Assembly (NCBI GenBank): GCA_046563655.1
Contig: CM102288.1
Location: 930,001-994,000 of the forward strand
Reading direction: 5' to 3'
Length of the DNA: 64,000 nucleotides
Source of the DNA: Yuukianura sp. NJ FZ-2021
Taxonomy: Eukaryota
The notes under the pieces are model-generated. The model was not told where the DNA came from and made no database searches. It was given only the letters and a program-made list of their open reading frames with translations. Within the stretch, counting starts at the first letter, position 1. Every line of letters begins with the position of its first letter. This document shows positions 26,748 to 43,337 of the stretch, piece by piece. The position numbers and the translations under genes are program-made.

Positions 26748-27250
26748 CGCAACAACTATTTAATAATAGTTTGATGACTAAACTCAAAGTGAACTTTTTG
26801 GATTAAGTTTTTTGGATCGGGTTGCGTGAGTTAACTTTTCGCAGGAATTTGAAGCGGATTTGTTCTTTAGTGTTTAAACTTTAGAATATTTTAAGTGTTC
26901 TAGAATTAAGTTAGCTTCCACTCTCAAAGCCTAAAGCATAAGCAGTTGGCCTTCTTTGTGATTTTTTATAGATATCATAAAACCTACACTTCAAGTTTAT
27001 AGATTCCTAGTACTAAACCAAGCAAACAATTAACTCGACCTATTTGTGCATAATTTCTTTTGAAAAAATTAAAATTTGAAGTCTATATGTAACAAGAATT
27101 TGTCACTTTTTGTTTTGTACTTTTCGTTTTTTACTTTTCACTTTTTTTTTATTACAACTTCTCCTAGTTTTTTATTTCTGTTTGAATTCAAAATTCGGTA
27201 AATTTTCAACTGTAGTCTGTTTGAATTCAAAATTCGGTAAATTTTCAACT

Positions 27251-28444
27251 TTAGTTGAGAATAAATTCATACAAAGCGTTCAGTATGCCTCCATCAGAAC
27301 TAAAACCGGATTGACCTACTCCCAGAACCAGCAAAAGAACAGAGTTGTAAAACAGCGTTATCAGAAATAGAACTATGAACAATTTAGAAAAATAGAAGCA
27401 AATTAACGCAATTAATTTGAAACCCAAAAATAGTTTTTTGAACAGCATTCCTATAATGGGGATTAGAGCGAGGAAGTTGAGTCCTCCTAGTTCTGGAGTG
27501 GCTGGAGTTCCTGGAGTTTGACCTGGAACTGCTGGAATAGTGATGACTGGAATCTGGATGGTGGGTATTAGCTGTGCTGTGATTGGTGGATTAGTTGGCA
27601 TTTGCGTGGTCGTAGTCGTACTTGTAGTTGTAGGCGGAGGATTGCAAGGTTGCGCAGGACACAAACAAGTGCAAACACGAAATCGTGTTCCAGCAGTATT
27701 CCCTGGTTCGTTTTCTTTACACAGGACACCGCTGTTTAAAAAAAATTGAACTTTTGACCTCTGAAAGCTATGAGCAGAGCAATTTAACTCAAGCAAAAAT
27801 TAAGGTAATGAAAATTTTGAAAATTTTGTTCTAAAAAGAGAAAATTTTGAAAATTCGGTTCTAAAAAGAGAAAATTTTGAAATTTATGAATCTACCCAAA
27901 ACCTCCGGGACATTCCATTTCACAGGACGCTTCGCAGTCTGCTGCGTTGTATTTAGGATCCTGCGTAGTGTCGCTCAGAGGAGGACAGTAGTCGTTACTA
28001 ATCATCTCAGGCGGAGGAGGCGGAGTTATCTAATGAATTAGTTGTAATTACAAGTAATTCAACATTTCAGAAAGTTGAGTGCAATGAATTACTTGTGAAT
28101 TATGAATTACTTACATCGTAGCAAGCCTGTTTACAGAGACAATGTCCCGAACGACTGCAAATATTGTTGGAAGATTTTGGATTTGGGCGGCAAGCATGGT
28201 CGCAGTAGCTGTGCGTTACGAATGGCGTTTGATGCATTTGGAGATACGGGTCAGTGCACTTGTGAACGTAAGTTTGACCTGACACCTCCAATTTAGTACA
28301 AGAACATTTCAAAAAGAAATTCCGAAGTATTTCAAAAAATGTAATTATGTTTTACACAACTCAAAAAGAAAGTCTGATTGTGTAGCTTACCACTTGACTT
28401 GTCCAAATGTTGACGAAAATGAGGAGAAATCGCAAATTTTTCAT
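27251..28444 (-). CDS. Uncharacterised secreted/membrane protein: signal peptide, Cys-rich modules, Thr/Pro-rich stalk, hydrophobic C-terminus
   Basis: Exon 1 MKNLRFLLIFVNIWTSQV (28444-28391), Cys-rich exons (~28287-28115, ~28030-27904), then ORF 27251-27796 with PPPTTTSTTTTT and long hydrophobic stretches. Splice phases are compatible. Confidence 0.6.
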
Positions 28445-30121
28445 TTTTAATTCTAGCACCGAGCAAGCAACTACAGAAACAAAACAACTTTGAATTTCGA
28501 ACAGTTCGAACCAAGCAAAATCAAAATTTCCTGATCGACTACAAATTTTGATTTCGGTAATGGCTTACTTCAAAAAAAAATTTGCGTTAAAATGCCAAGT
28601 CAGCGGCAAAATTTGAAAATGGAAAATCGTGAGACGTGAGACGACAGATGAGCTTAATCAACACGCTGTGCGTATTGACAAACAAAATGAAATGAGAATT
28701 TGTTGTTGATGGTTTGATGAAAAATCGCCAGTTGATGAAAATTCATGTGGGTTCGATTGATGACAACAGAAATGGCTTATTAGTATACGACTTCATCATA
28801 CCTGCTGTTGTCAAAATCGGTGATTTACACGGATTACACTTTTGTGCAAATCATGAAACAGTATGTGAGCAATTATAACTTAAGTATAGTAGCAAAGTCC
28901 TGCCAGCCGGTCAATAAAGCCCAGTGTCTTAATTGGTCATCGAAAGAGTAATTAATTACATTAATCATTGCTAAATAAGGAATGAATTCCAACGCTTCGT
29001 GTTTTTTTTCTTCTGAATTTCAGAATTTTTTATGTTTGTTTTTAATAATCGAAAAATCAAATGTGCTCAACTTTATTTTTGTGAATTCAACTTCTCTCAA
29101 AGTTCAAAAAACGAGTTTCCGCAATTTTTTCTCCAAACCCGGGTTTATTTTTATCCCGTACTTTTCTGTTCGCCTCTTATCACGCTTGTTGCAAATTTTT
29201 TGTGACTCACGATTCTGCTTTTTAAGAATCCGGTTCAATTCTATTGGATTAGCACGGACATACGCCCTGTTCAAATTATAGTAATCCTGTCAGAATCATA
29301 CTCTATTCAGAATCTATTCAAAACTTCAAAATTGTGCTGAATCATACTACTCAATCTCAATTAATTACAATAAGTGTCAAAAGACGCTTTTGGAGATCAT
29401 TTTTTCAACTTTTGACAACTTCAATACTATTTTCTTCAAAACCGGGATTCCTGAAGCCTCAGGTAATTTCAAAAAGTTCAAAAGAGTAAAGAAAATTTAA
29501 ATTTTTAGACAATTTTCAACAATCATGTGTCACCTACACACGCAAACCACAAATTAAAATTTACTCAAGGAAAATTTTTTGCATTTTACCTTGAAATTTT
29601 GTAGCAAAAGACTGTCTACCGTCATATCCACTTTTTTTGTTCAACCAGGGTTAAGCCTTGCCTTTCTTAAATCATCATCTCCATCATTTCTATTTTCATC
29701 TTGACTTTTAGCACATAAACAAAACTTTACCCAGAAAAAAAAGTTTTTGTTACTATATTGTCGTTTTTTGCAATTTTCACGAGCCCCCGTACCTAAGGTG
29801 GGGATTTTGAAGTGGTTTTGTATTGTAGTACTGATATTGTAGTGCTAAGGTTACTGGAATTGCGAAAAGGGCTGCACTATCTAATCCTACATCCTTTCCT
29901 GAAGATGACACAAAGGGAGGGTGATGCTTGATGATGATATTAGTATAAAGTACAAACATGTTAGTCACAAACATTGTTTTTCCGCTTTAGTCGGATTCAC
30001 ACTTTCTCATTTTGAACATTTTTAGTACAATTTTGTCATTCCGAGGAGCTGAAAGCAAACAGGATTTCCTGGAACGAACTACTCAAAAAAAAAAACAATT
30101 TTTGAAATTTCTAAGCAGAAA

Positions 30122-30611
30122 ATGGCCAACGACGACAGACAAATTACATACAAAAAGACGACGTCCAATACCAAAACTGTCAATGTAAGGTCACGTGTTT
30201 ATGAATTAAATACGTTATTTATGAATTAAAATAAATTAAATATAATTAAATTATAAATCATCTAGTTGTAAATTTTCACCAATTGTTTGTTAAATTTCTA
30301 AAGACAAGAAAAGAAATCTAAGTCCTAAGTCCGGAAATTAATTCCCACTAAACTGAAAAAAAAAACTTCATAAAATAATGCAGCTTAAATTCCAACCAAA
30401 ATGTTAACGGCATTCATGTATTCACAGAAGTTTAAAAACAAGTTTAAAGTTTAAATAACAAAATTTAAAATTTTTGAAATTGTAGGGTCAGTCGACGACA
30501 GAGACGACGACGGTGATTGGCTACTCTGATGGCACAACAGAGACAAAGACCACAACCAGCAGTGGTACTGGCAAGAAGGGATGCTGTGGAGGCAAATGCG
30601 TTATCGTCTAA
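30122..30611 (+). CDS. 62-aa Thr-rich microprotein ending in a CaaX prenylation box
   Basis: Exon 1 30122-30184 (63 nt, followed by gtaag) and exon 2 30486-30611 (preceded by tgtag): MANDDRQITYKKTTSNTKTVNGQSTTETTTVIGYSDGTTETKTTTSSGTGKKGCCGGKCVIV*. TATAAA at 29944, AATAAA at ~30782. Confidence 0.72.
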
Positions 30612-31440
30612 AACTGGAAATTTCACTTTTCCAAAACGGTTTTCAAAAATGTTCTTTTGAATGTGATTTTTAAAAGTACGAGGCTTCATGGCAGCTTTAA
30701 CAACTTTTTCCTTTTGTACAAAAAAATTCTTAAAAACGAATCTTTCTCCTGTAAAAAGGTATTAAGAATGTGAAACGTAAAAATAAAACATGCTACGCAG
30801 CTTTACGAACGAATCTTTCGAAAACGGTTGTTGAGACTTTAAAAATGTGTATAAAAAGGTTCATAAGATGAACAAATTTGAATAATCTAATTCCATGCTA
30901 GTTTCGTAAAGTGAATTTGGAAGGAAGTTTAACTCGCTTCAATTGACACCCATAAGGCTTTGGAGAAGTCCTTGAAGTTTAAATTGGTCACGCGTGAAGC
31001 TACGGAGTTTAGTTTATGTATTTCATAGTTTAATATTTATGTGGTGAATATAATAATATAATTTTGCAGAAAATCTCAGTAAAGAAATAGACTTGACATG
31101 ATGTGGTTGGTGGCTCCAAGGTCAACTACTTCACAAAAAAAAATAATTTGTGCAGGAGGCGTCATTTGTCCAAATTTTGTACCAAGAAATTTAACAATTG
31201 GCGAACCGGCTATTCCACGACAAATATTTCGGTTCAAACTACACCGCTCAAGTTAATTTAGCTGAAAACATATAAAAATAACTAGAGAATTAAATTGTAA
31301 AAATTGTGGAGGTTGCTTTCAAAGTGCAGAAAGTTCGCTTGCTAATAGCATAGTTGCTATAGTATCATTAAGTAACGACGCCATTCTATCCAGTAAATTT
31401 AAAACGCATAGAACGCCAATAGCACAAGTTTTACACAAAA

Positions 31441-31816
31441 TATAACGGTAAAGTAAATTTACGATGTTAAATGTAGTGGTAATGTATAGCGGTAAGGTAA
31501 ATTTACGTCAAATGTACTGGTAATGCAACTTTATGACACCAAATTTAACGGTAACCGCAAATATTTGACGTTATATATACCGATAACGTTCCGGTAACCG
31601 GCAAATGTAACGGTAAAGCAAACATTATACATAAAATATAGCGGTAACACTCCGGTAGAGCGTCAAATATACCGGTAAAGTAATTTTCACGTGTCATTTA
31701 TAGCTGTAATGTTCCGGTAAGACGATAAGACCAACACTTAAGTAAATTTAAGACTTCAGATATACTTTGTGCGTTCCGGCAAAACGAAGAATAGAGCGGT
31801 AACGCTTTTGCCGTAA
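31441..31816 (+). repeat. Degenerate array of CGGTAA-like motifs
   Basis: About 16 same-strand copies of CGGTAA or one-mismatch variants at irregular 10-60 bp spacing. Confidence 0.5.
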
Positions 31817-32260
31817 CTCTTGTCGTGGCATGCGCATCCGAGCAGATGTAAAGAAGCACTTTAAGATCTCATTTACCATTTGTAGAAAAGGAGACAATAG
31901 GCAGAGGTGTGCTACTCAAATGGCCACTATCTCTGTCTTCCTTCATTTTGTGTTCCGTAGCCAAAACAGTTAATATACTTTTAGTAGCTGAGTGGTTGTT
32001 ACCCAAAACCCCCTCAGAAAGCACCCAACAAGAACAGAGGGGTGACCTTTGGGCTCTAAAAGGACATTTTTCCAGGGTCATCTGCTTCTCTTTTCTATTT
32101 TACGATTAGCCCATGGCACATACCATAAACACTATTCTGATAGTAACAACTTAACACTGCTAGAGCATTGAAAACTACACTATTCGTGACCTGTGAAGAT
32201 CGCTTTGAGGTCAAAGGTCAAATGTGTTTTCTTGCAATTTCCAATTTACTATCAACTAGA

Positions 32261-33139
32261 ATGATGGCCGTTCGATACAAACTTCGCGCCAGATTTCGTT
32301 GTATTCCCAAGTATATCAGACCTTACTGCTTCATCTTGAGACGCGTAAGTTCAAAATAGTTAGTTTGAAATCGGAGCTAAAATTTGTTGAAATTTCGATT
32401 TTTCTATTTTTTCAGATTTTGGGAGGTTTTGCACTTTATACAGTACTGACTACACTGTTAGCCGTATGTTGGTACACATCTTTTCAAAAACCGAATTTAC
32501 AAGTTTTTGGAGTCGTGGTATCTTTTCAGCTGATAGTAATTGGATGGGCGGCGGGATTTTTGAGAATCCTAACATGGTTGTTTGAATGTCTTCATGCCAA
32601 TATGGTAAACACTCAATTTCGGAACTTTTTTGAAATTTTGAAACTCTTTTTGAAAACTTTTTCAGATCGTGTATCTCATTTCCGCTATATACTTGGTCCA
32701 AATGTCATACATGTTCCTGGATCTCGATGATTCTCAGTTCATTCTGCGTGGAACCATCAGCTACGCCATTACTACCCTCTTCTTCCCATTTGTAATTCTG
32801 CAACTCCCGTTATGGAAAAGACGCATTCTGATTGGTCCATCCTACTGGTCGACAGTTACGCAAGTGACTTTTAGCATCGGTGCAACTGCATACCTAATTC
32901 AGTTCCTGCTGCAGAATCCCTGTGCACCCACTTCTCCTGCGACGCCGCAGCAAGCTTCTGCACTCTGCGCCAAAACTTTTCAAACTAACGCAAGTCTCAA
33001 TTGGCTTTTCCTTAACGATTTGACACTGCTAAAAATGGTGACGCTATTTGGATTCCAAGCAATGGCCTATCATGTAGCAATTCAAGAAGAATTGGCGCGA
33101 AGTAACCGACCAGTACGCATGAACAGAAGATGTGGATAG
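32261..33139 (+). CDS. Uncharacterised multi-pass membrane protein
   Basis: Three phase-0-compatible exons (from 32261, ~32417 and ~32666) encoding about 6 hydrophobic segments; TAG at 33137-33139. Confidence 0.62.
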
Positions 33140-33143
33140 CAGC

Positions 33144-33232
33144 CAAGGTTCCTTGACAACCAAATTGTATTTTCTACAACAGGTTGTTTAATAACTCGCG
33201 GATTTCAAAAACCTTGGTGTTTGTCAACCTTG
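33144..33232. mobile_element. Internally deleted MITE (CAAGGT...ACCTTG family), 89 bp
   Basis: Left end matches the UGT-intron copies (caaggt..cttgacaac...ttttct..aacaggtt....aataactcg). Perfect 8-bp TSD ATAGCAGC at 33136-33143 and 33233-33240. Confidence 0.75.
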
Positions 33233-33430
33233 ATAGCAGCATTTATTTTGAAATTATATTTATAGTGTACTTACCATTAAAGTATTTCATTAAACTGTTT
33301 TGAATTTTAGTATACCATGTGTACCTTTTTGAAAAAAGTTTGAAAATTGAAGAATACAGTAAGTACTTGGAGTTTTCTTTGTGTGTGTGTTTTCTTTTTT
33401 TTGTTTTCAAAATTTAGATTTTTGGAACAT

Positions 33431-38645
<5,215 letters not shown>

Positions 38646-38986
38646 TTCAACTGATGAGTAAGAAATTTGCAGACAAGGCTAATGTCAATTGGATTTTGAA
38701 CAGAGGAGGTTTGAAAAGTTGGGAATTTGCCGACTGGTTGATTTGTAAACTATGACAGCTGAAGATTGAATCTGAAAAGTAAAACCTTGAACAGGAGCTA
38801 CTGAGGATTTTTAGTTCGATTCATCTTCTAACTCCACTTTGAAGACCTTGGCTATTCATGTCACACTTCATCTGTGTTTCAACAACCTAAACTGTAAATA
38901 GTAATCTATGAGGGGAGAATCGACTCATAAATGCAACTACCGCACAACAACAACATCAGAACACCACAACCTAATGTTGTAGTTTT

Positions 38987-39290
38987 CACACAAGAACAAC
39001 TCTTACACACAAGAACAACTCCCACGCACAAGAACAACTTTTACACACAAGAACAACTTTTGCACATAAGAACTACTTTTACATACAAGAACTACTTTTG
39101 CACACAAGAACAACTTTTGCACACAAGAACTACTTTTACATACAAGAACTACTTTTGCACACAAGAACAACTCTCACGCACAAGAACAACTTTTGCACAC
39201 AAGAACAACTTCTACACACAAGAACAACTTTTGCACACAAGAACAACTTTTGCACACAAGAACATTTACGCACAAGAACTACTTTTACAC
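38987..39290 (+). repeat. 19-bp minisatellite in left TIR (~16 copies)
   Basis: Unit CACACAAGAACAACTTTTG with minor variants. Confidence 0.92.
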
Positions 39291-40013
39291 ACGTCTACTA
39301 CTTTTTCACGCCTACTGCTTTCTGCTTTCGCACACAAGAACAACTCCCTCCGCCTACTATTTTTTTGTCCAACTCATCAAGTGGTATCAGATAGGTTAGG
39401 TCAGAAAACGATAGCCCAGATTTTGAAAACCTTTTGCACATACAAGCCACCCACATCGATGCAGTTTCTCAGAAAATTATAGCTTTGTCAGTGGTCCAGG
39501 TCAAAAGTTATGGTTGTTTCATGTCCAAGAATGTTTGATGTACCAAGGCAAAGTTGGTTTTTCCTTGAATTTAGTCAGCAAATTATAGACTTTTCTTTCT
39601 CATTTAATCGCTCAATTCCTCAGTTCGATTCGTCCAGAGAATAATAATTGCTTTTATTAGCAGCTTTTTCGTTTATAAAAACTGGGACCTGAAGAGCATT
39701 AATGCAAGAATTGAAGTACGTTCGTATTTTAGGAAAAAACATAAACAAAATATTCTACAATTGCCCAAATCCGCTAACACCGTAGTCTAAAATCAATCAA
39801 TCAATCAATCAATTTTTATTTGATTTGGCCTTTTGCCCTATCAATTACAAATCCTGCAGCTCATTTAAGTTAAAAGTAATAAAACAAATTAGCAAAGTCA
39901 AGTAGGTAGAAAAATTAAAATAAGTAAGAAGATGTAAGTAATACGAAGTCAAAAGTAGAATTAGGGGGACTTAATGATGTGTGCAATGGGAGAGAATTAG
40001 AGGTGTCCCGCGG

Positions 40014-43000
40014 TCATCGGTCCAGGGCAGGCTCGAACATTGAGAGTACTTTTTGATTTAAAATTTGGAGGTTCTTGATAAGTGTGATGTCGTTGTAATG
40101 TGAACTGACCCAGACAATTGGGCATTGGGACGGTGGGATGTGCAAATGAATCCGGTGTGTGTTAGTCTGTGGGCAGGTCCATAGAGCGTGGTAGTAAGAC
40201 AGTTGGTCTCCACAGAAACTGCAGAACTTTTCTTTGAACTGGCCGAGATCAAGCCATTTTCGGTTGTGGTAGACCTGGTTCATGTTCAGCCGGATCTGCA
40301 TGACTGTTCTGGTGAGGTAGGCTGGGAACCGTTTTGAAAGTAATTCCTTCGCCGGGAAATCGTTCTCAAGGGTAGAGTAGTGTGGTATGGAACTGGACAG
40401 CAATGCACGACTCTTGTCTGATTCACGGTAGAAGTTCGCAAGGTTCTTGATTATTGTTTTTGTTTTTGCTCTGATGTCATGTAAGTTTCCCCGGTCATAG
40501 GCTCCCTCTTCCCCAATTTGAGTAAGGGCAGCTCTAAGCTGTAGGCACCAACTGTATTTTTGATCAGGGTAGAGTAATGTAACTTTCCTTAGTTGTAGGT
40601 ATGCGTTTTTTGTGAGGTCAGAGCAAGATTTTGTGTGGAATTTTGTGAACAGTTGCCAGGCTCTTTTGATTATTTCGAACTCTAAGGGAGGAGACCCTGT
40701 CTCTAGCCGTATGAAGTACCGGGGAGTAGTGAACGGTAAGTGGAAAACTCGTTTGTAATAGTTTTGTTGAACCGTTTCTACGGTGTCAGAATGTAGTAAA
40801 CCCCAGGTTTCACAATTGTATAAGGTTGTGGATGTTACAAGTGAGTTGAGTAGCATCTTAACCGTCCACAGGTCAATGTAGGCAGATTTCTTGAGTAAAC
40901 CCAAGACTGCTCCTTGTGCTGAAGTTCCTTTATCAACTGCGTTCCTTGCAGCTTTGTGGAATGTGCCGTTAGATTGGAAGATCACACCAAGGTACTTGTA
41001 TTCTGCCACTGTTTCTATCCGTGTTCCATTCCAAAAGAACAGGTCGTCTTTTCGTAATCTTCCCGATCGACGGAAAGGTATTACCTTTGTTTTTGTAAGG
41101 TTGACCTGGAGACCTCTGGCTTTGAAGAAGTTCGAGGCGATTTTGATTTTCTCCTGGAGCAGTTCCTTGGACTGTGCTGTGATTACAAGGTCGTCAGCGT
41201 ATAGCAGAACATGAATAATACGGGAGCCCAGAGTGTAGCCTTTGAGTAGTGAATTGGTGAATCTGCTTACTAGGTCTTCAATGAACAAATTGAAGAGGGT
41301 GGGACTGGCGGATTCACCTTGGAGCACCCCTTTCATTATTTTAATTGGATCGGTGAGTCCTTCGCTGGTGTTAACTTGGGTAGTGGCGTTGTCATAAAGG
41401 GACTTGAATATTTTTAGAAATTTGGTTGAGACACCCATGTTTCCCAGGACCTCCCAGAGTAGAGAGTGGTTTGGAGTGTCAAAAGCCTGTGACAAGTCAA
41501 CGAATGCGACATACAACTCTTTTTGTTTCAACATCTGGCATTGAACCATAGTCGTTAATGTAAATATGTGGTCAGTGCAGGATCTAGATTTTCTGAAGCC
41601 AGCTTGGAAGTCTGAAATTTTGTGGTTGACATTTATCCAGTTGTTGAGTCTTGTGTTCATCACCTTAGTAAACAGCTTTAGAATCGTATTCATCAGCGAA
41701 ATTGGACGGTAATTTTGCGGCTGGTCTTTTGGCCCTTTTTTGTATAATGGGAGTATTCGAGTATTACACCAGTGAGTTGGCAGTATCCCGTTCTGGAGGA
41801 TATTTTGGAAGAGTGTAACCAGGAATATTAGAATGTTCGGGGTGGCCGCTTTCCATAACTCATTCGGGATTCTGTCGGGGCCTGTTGCTTTGCGTGTTTT
41901 CAACGACTTTGTTGCCATCCTTATCTCAATTGCTGTTACGTCACGATCTAGTATTTCATTTTCTACGAATGGTGTATGTAGGATTTGATGATTCGGGACG
42001 TCACGGGCTTTGAAGAGGTCCTGGAAGTGTTGAAACCACGTATCCTTCGGGATTTTGTCTTGTGAAGTTGTTTGGGCTGTAAAGTATTTTACCGCCTTCC
42101 AGAAGTTTGCCGGGTCTTTGGATGAGTGAAGATGCGAGACAAAATTCGACAGGAACAATGATTTCTTGTTAATTAGTTGCTGTTTGTACAGTTTCTGGGC
42201 TTCTATATAGCGTTGTGCACATGCCGCTCTATTCTCTTCGTCGCACCTTCTTAACTTGCGGAGGGCATTGTTTTTCCTCCATTTCAAGGAGTTCAGCTCC
42301 GCGTCGAACCACTTAGGCTTTGGTCTTATTGGTTTTGGCTTTGACTTCGTGTGGTTGCCTGTTACCTTCGCTGTTTCTACGACTGTTTGTTGTAGTTGAA
42401 GGCTAGCTTCGTTTGCATCCTTGATGTCATAATTCAGAGAGGTCTCAAGAAGTTTATAGAAGTCGTATTTTGCCATTTTTTCTGTAGGAATTATTATTTT
42501 CTCTTGGGTCAGGCCACCGTGATTCTGCGGTTGGTTCACCGTTTGTTGAAGGGAGACGAGCAAAGGGAAGTGGTCGGAGTGATGCCAGTCTAGTATTTTC
42601 AAGTCCCTAACGTTGCCTTGCCAGTTCTGGGATGTGAGCACAAGATCTACCACACTGCACCCTGCGTTTGCTGGGTTTACCATGGTTATTTCTCCTTGTT
42701 CATCTCCTGTTATTGCTCCATTACAAATTGTAAGGTTACACTCGGCCGCAACTGATAGCAGGTTTCTCCCATTTCCATTTATGAACTTGTCCTTGCTTTT
42801 TCTTTTGTACAATGGGGTTGTGTTTCTTTCCCCGGTTCTTGAATTTAAGTCTCCCATTAGCAGTATTGGTTTGTTTGTGAATTTTAGAGTTTCAAGTGTA
42901 TCAGTCACTAGTTTTTGGTTGGATTTATCCGGAGGAATGTAGGCGAATAGCAGTAGAAATTGTGATTGATGATTGCGGACGGCTAGTAGTATTGAGTGGT

Positions 43001-43262
43001 CCGTCGTTTCTAGTAAAGTGATTTCTGAGCCTATTGAGCTGTGCCAGCCAAAAATGAAACCCCCATAAGGACGTCCCCTGTCTGGTTTTTTGGCTAGGAT
43101 TTGGTGAACTGTATATTCTTGCTGTAGTCTGAGGTTTTTATAATTTTCCCATTGCATTGATTCTGATAGGCAGAAAAGAGAAGGTTGGAGGCTCAAGAAT
43201 TCGTTCCAGAAAGTCGGTCCTAGGTTATTTACACTTTTTGCATTCAAATAGAAGATTGTCAT
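40014..43262 (-). CDS. LINE ORF2: AP-endonuclease, reverse transcriptase and C-terminal CCHC-like motif (1082 aa)
   Basis: EN motifs LSE, GDLNSR, VDLV and SDH. RT motifs GPDRI, YRPISL, QAGFR, DLSQAFD, GVLQG, YADD and YLG. C-terminal CSFC...H...C. Confidence 0.96.
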   Translation of the reverse strand: MTIFYLNAKSVNNLGPTFWNEFLSLQPSLFCLSESMQWENYKNLRLQQEYTVHQILAKKPDRGRPYGGFIFGWHSSIGSEITLLETTDHSILLAVRNHQSQFLLLFAYIPPDKSNQKLVTDTLETLKFTNKPILLMGDLNSRTGERNTTPLYKRKSKDKFINGNGRNLLSVAAECNLTICNGAITGDEQGEITMVNPANAGCSVVDLVLTSQNWQGNVRDLKILDWHHSDHFPLLVSLQQTVNQPQNHGGLTQEKIIIPTEKMAKYDFYKLLETSLNYDIKDANEASLQLQQTVVETAKVTGNHTKSKPKPIRPKPKWFDAELNSLKWRKNNALRKLRRCDEENRAACAQRYIEAQKLYKQQLINKKSLFLSNFVSHLHSSKDPANFWKAVKYFTAQTTSQDKIPKDTWFQHFQDLFKARDVPNHQILHTPFVENEILDRDVTAIEIRMATKSLKTRKATGPDRIPNELWKAATPNILIFLVTLFQNILQNGILPTHWCNTRILPLYKKGPKDQPQNYRPISLMNTILKLFTKVMNTRLNNWINVNHKISDFQAGFRKSRSCTDHIFTLTTMVQCQMLKQKELYVAFVDLSQAFDTPNHSLLWEVLGNMGVSTKFLKIFKSLYDNATTQVNTSEGLTDPIKIMKGVLQGESASPTLFNLFIEDLVSRFTNSLLKGYTLGSRIIHVLLYADDLVITAQSKELLQEKIKIASNFFKARGLQVNLTKTKVIPFRRSGRLRKDDLFFWNGTRIETVAEYKYLGVIFQSNGTFHKAARNAVDKGTSAQGAVLGLLKKSAYIDLWTVKMLLNSLVTSTTLYNCETWGLLHSDTVETVQQNYYKRVFHLPFTTPRYFIRLETGSPPLEFEIIKRAWQLFTKFHTKSCSDLTKNAYLQLRKVTLLYPDQKYSWCLQLRAALTQIGEEGAYDRGNLHDIRAKTKTIIKNLANFYRESDKSRALLSSSIPHYSTLENDFPAKELLSKRFPAYLTRTVMQIRLNMNQVYHNRKWLDLGQFKEKFCSFCGDQLSYYHALWTCPQTNTHRIHLHIPPSQCPIVWVSSHYNDITLIKNLQILNQKVLSMFEPALDR

Positions 43263-43337
43263 GTTGGTTAAAAATGTTTCGCTGCAGGATCCTGTACTTG
43301 TTTTGTTTAGTAGGCTATTGATAGGGCGGCCGAGTCC

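Noticed and set aside
27177..27250. Short local tandem duplications (39-bp pair here; similar at ~27810-27880 and ~33757-33843)
   Set aside because: Ordinary slippage-type duplications in UTR or intron DNA, with no further structure.
38931..39482. ORFs with TQEQLLHTRTTFAHKNNFC repeats (also 46210-46629)
   Set aside because: These are translations of the stop-free 19-bp TIR minisatellite in several frames, not genes.
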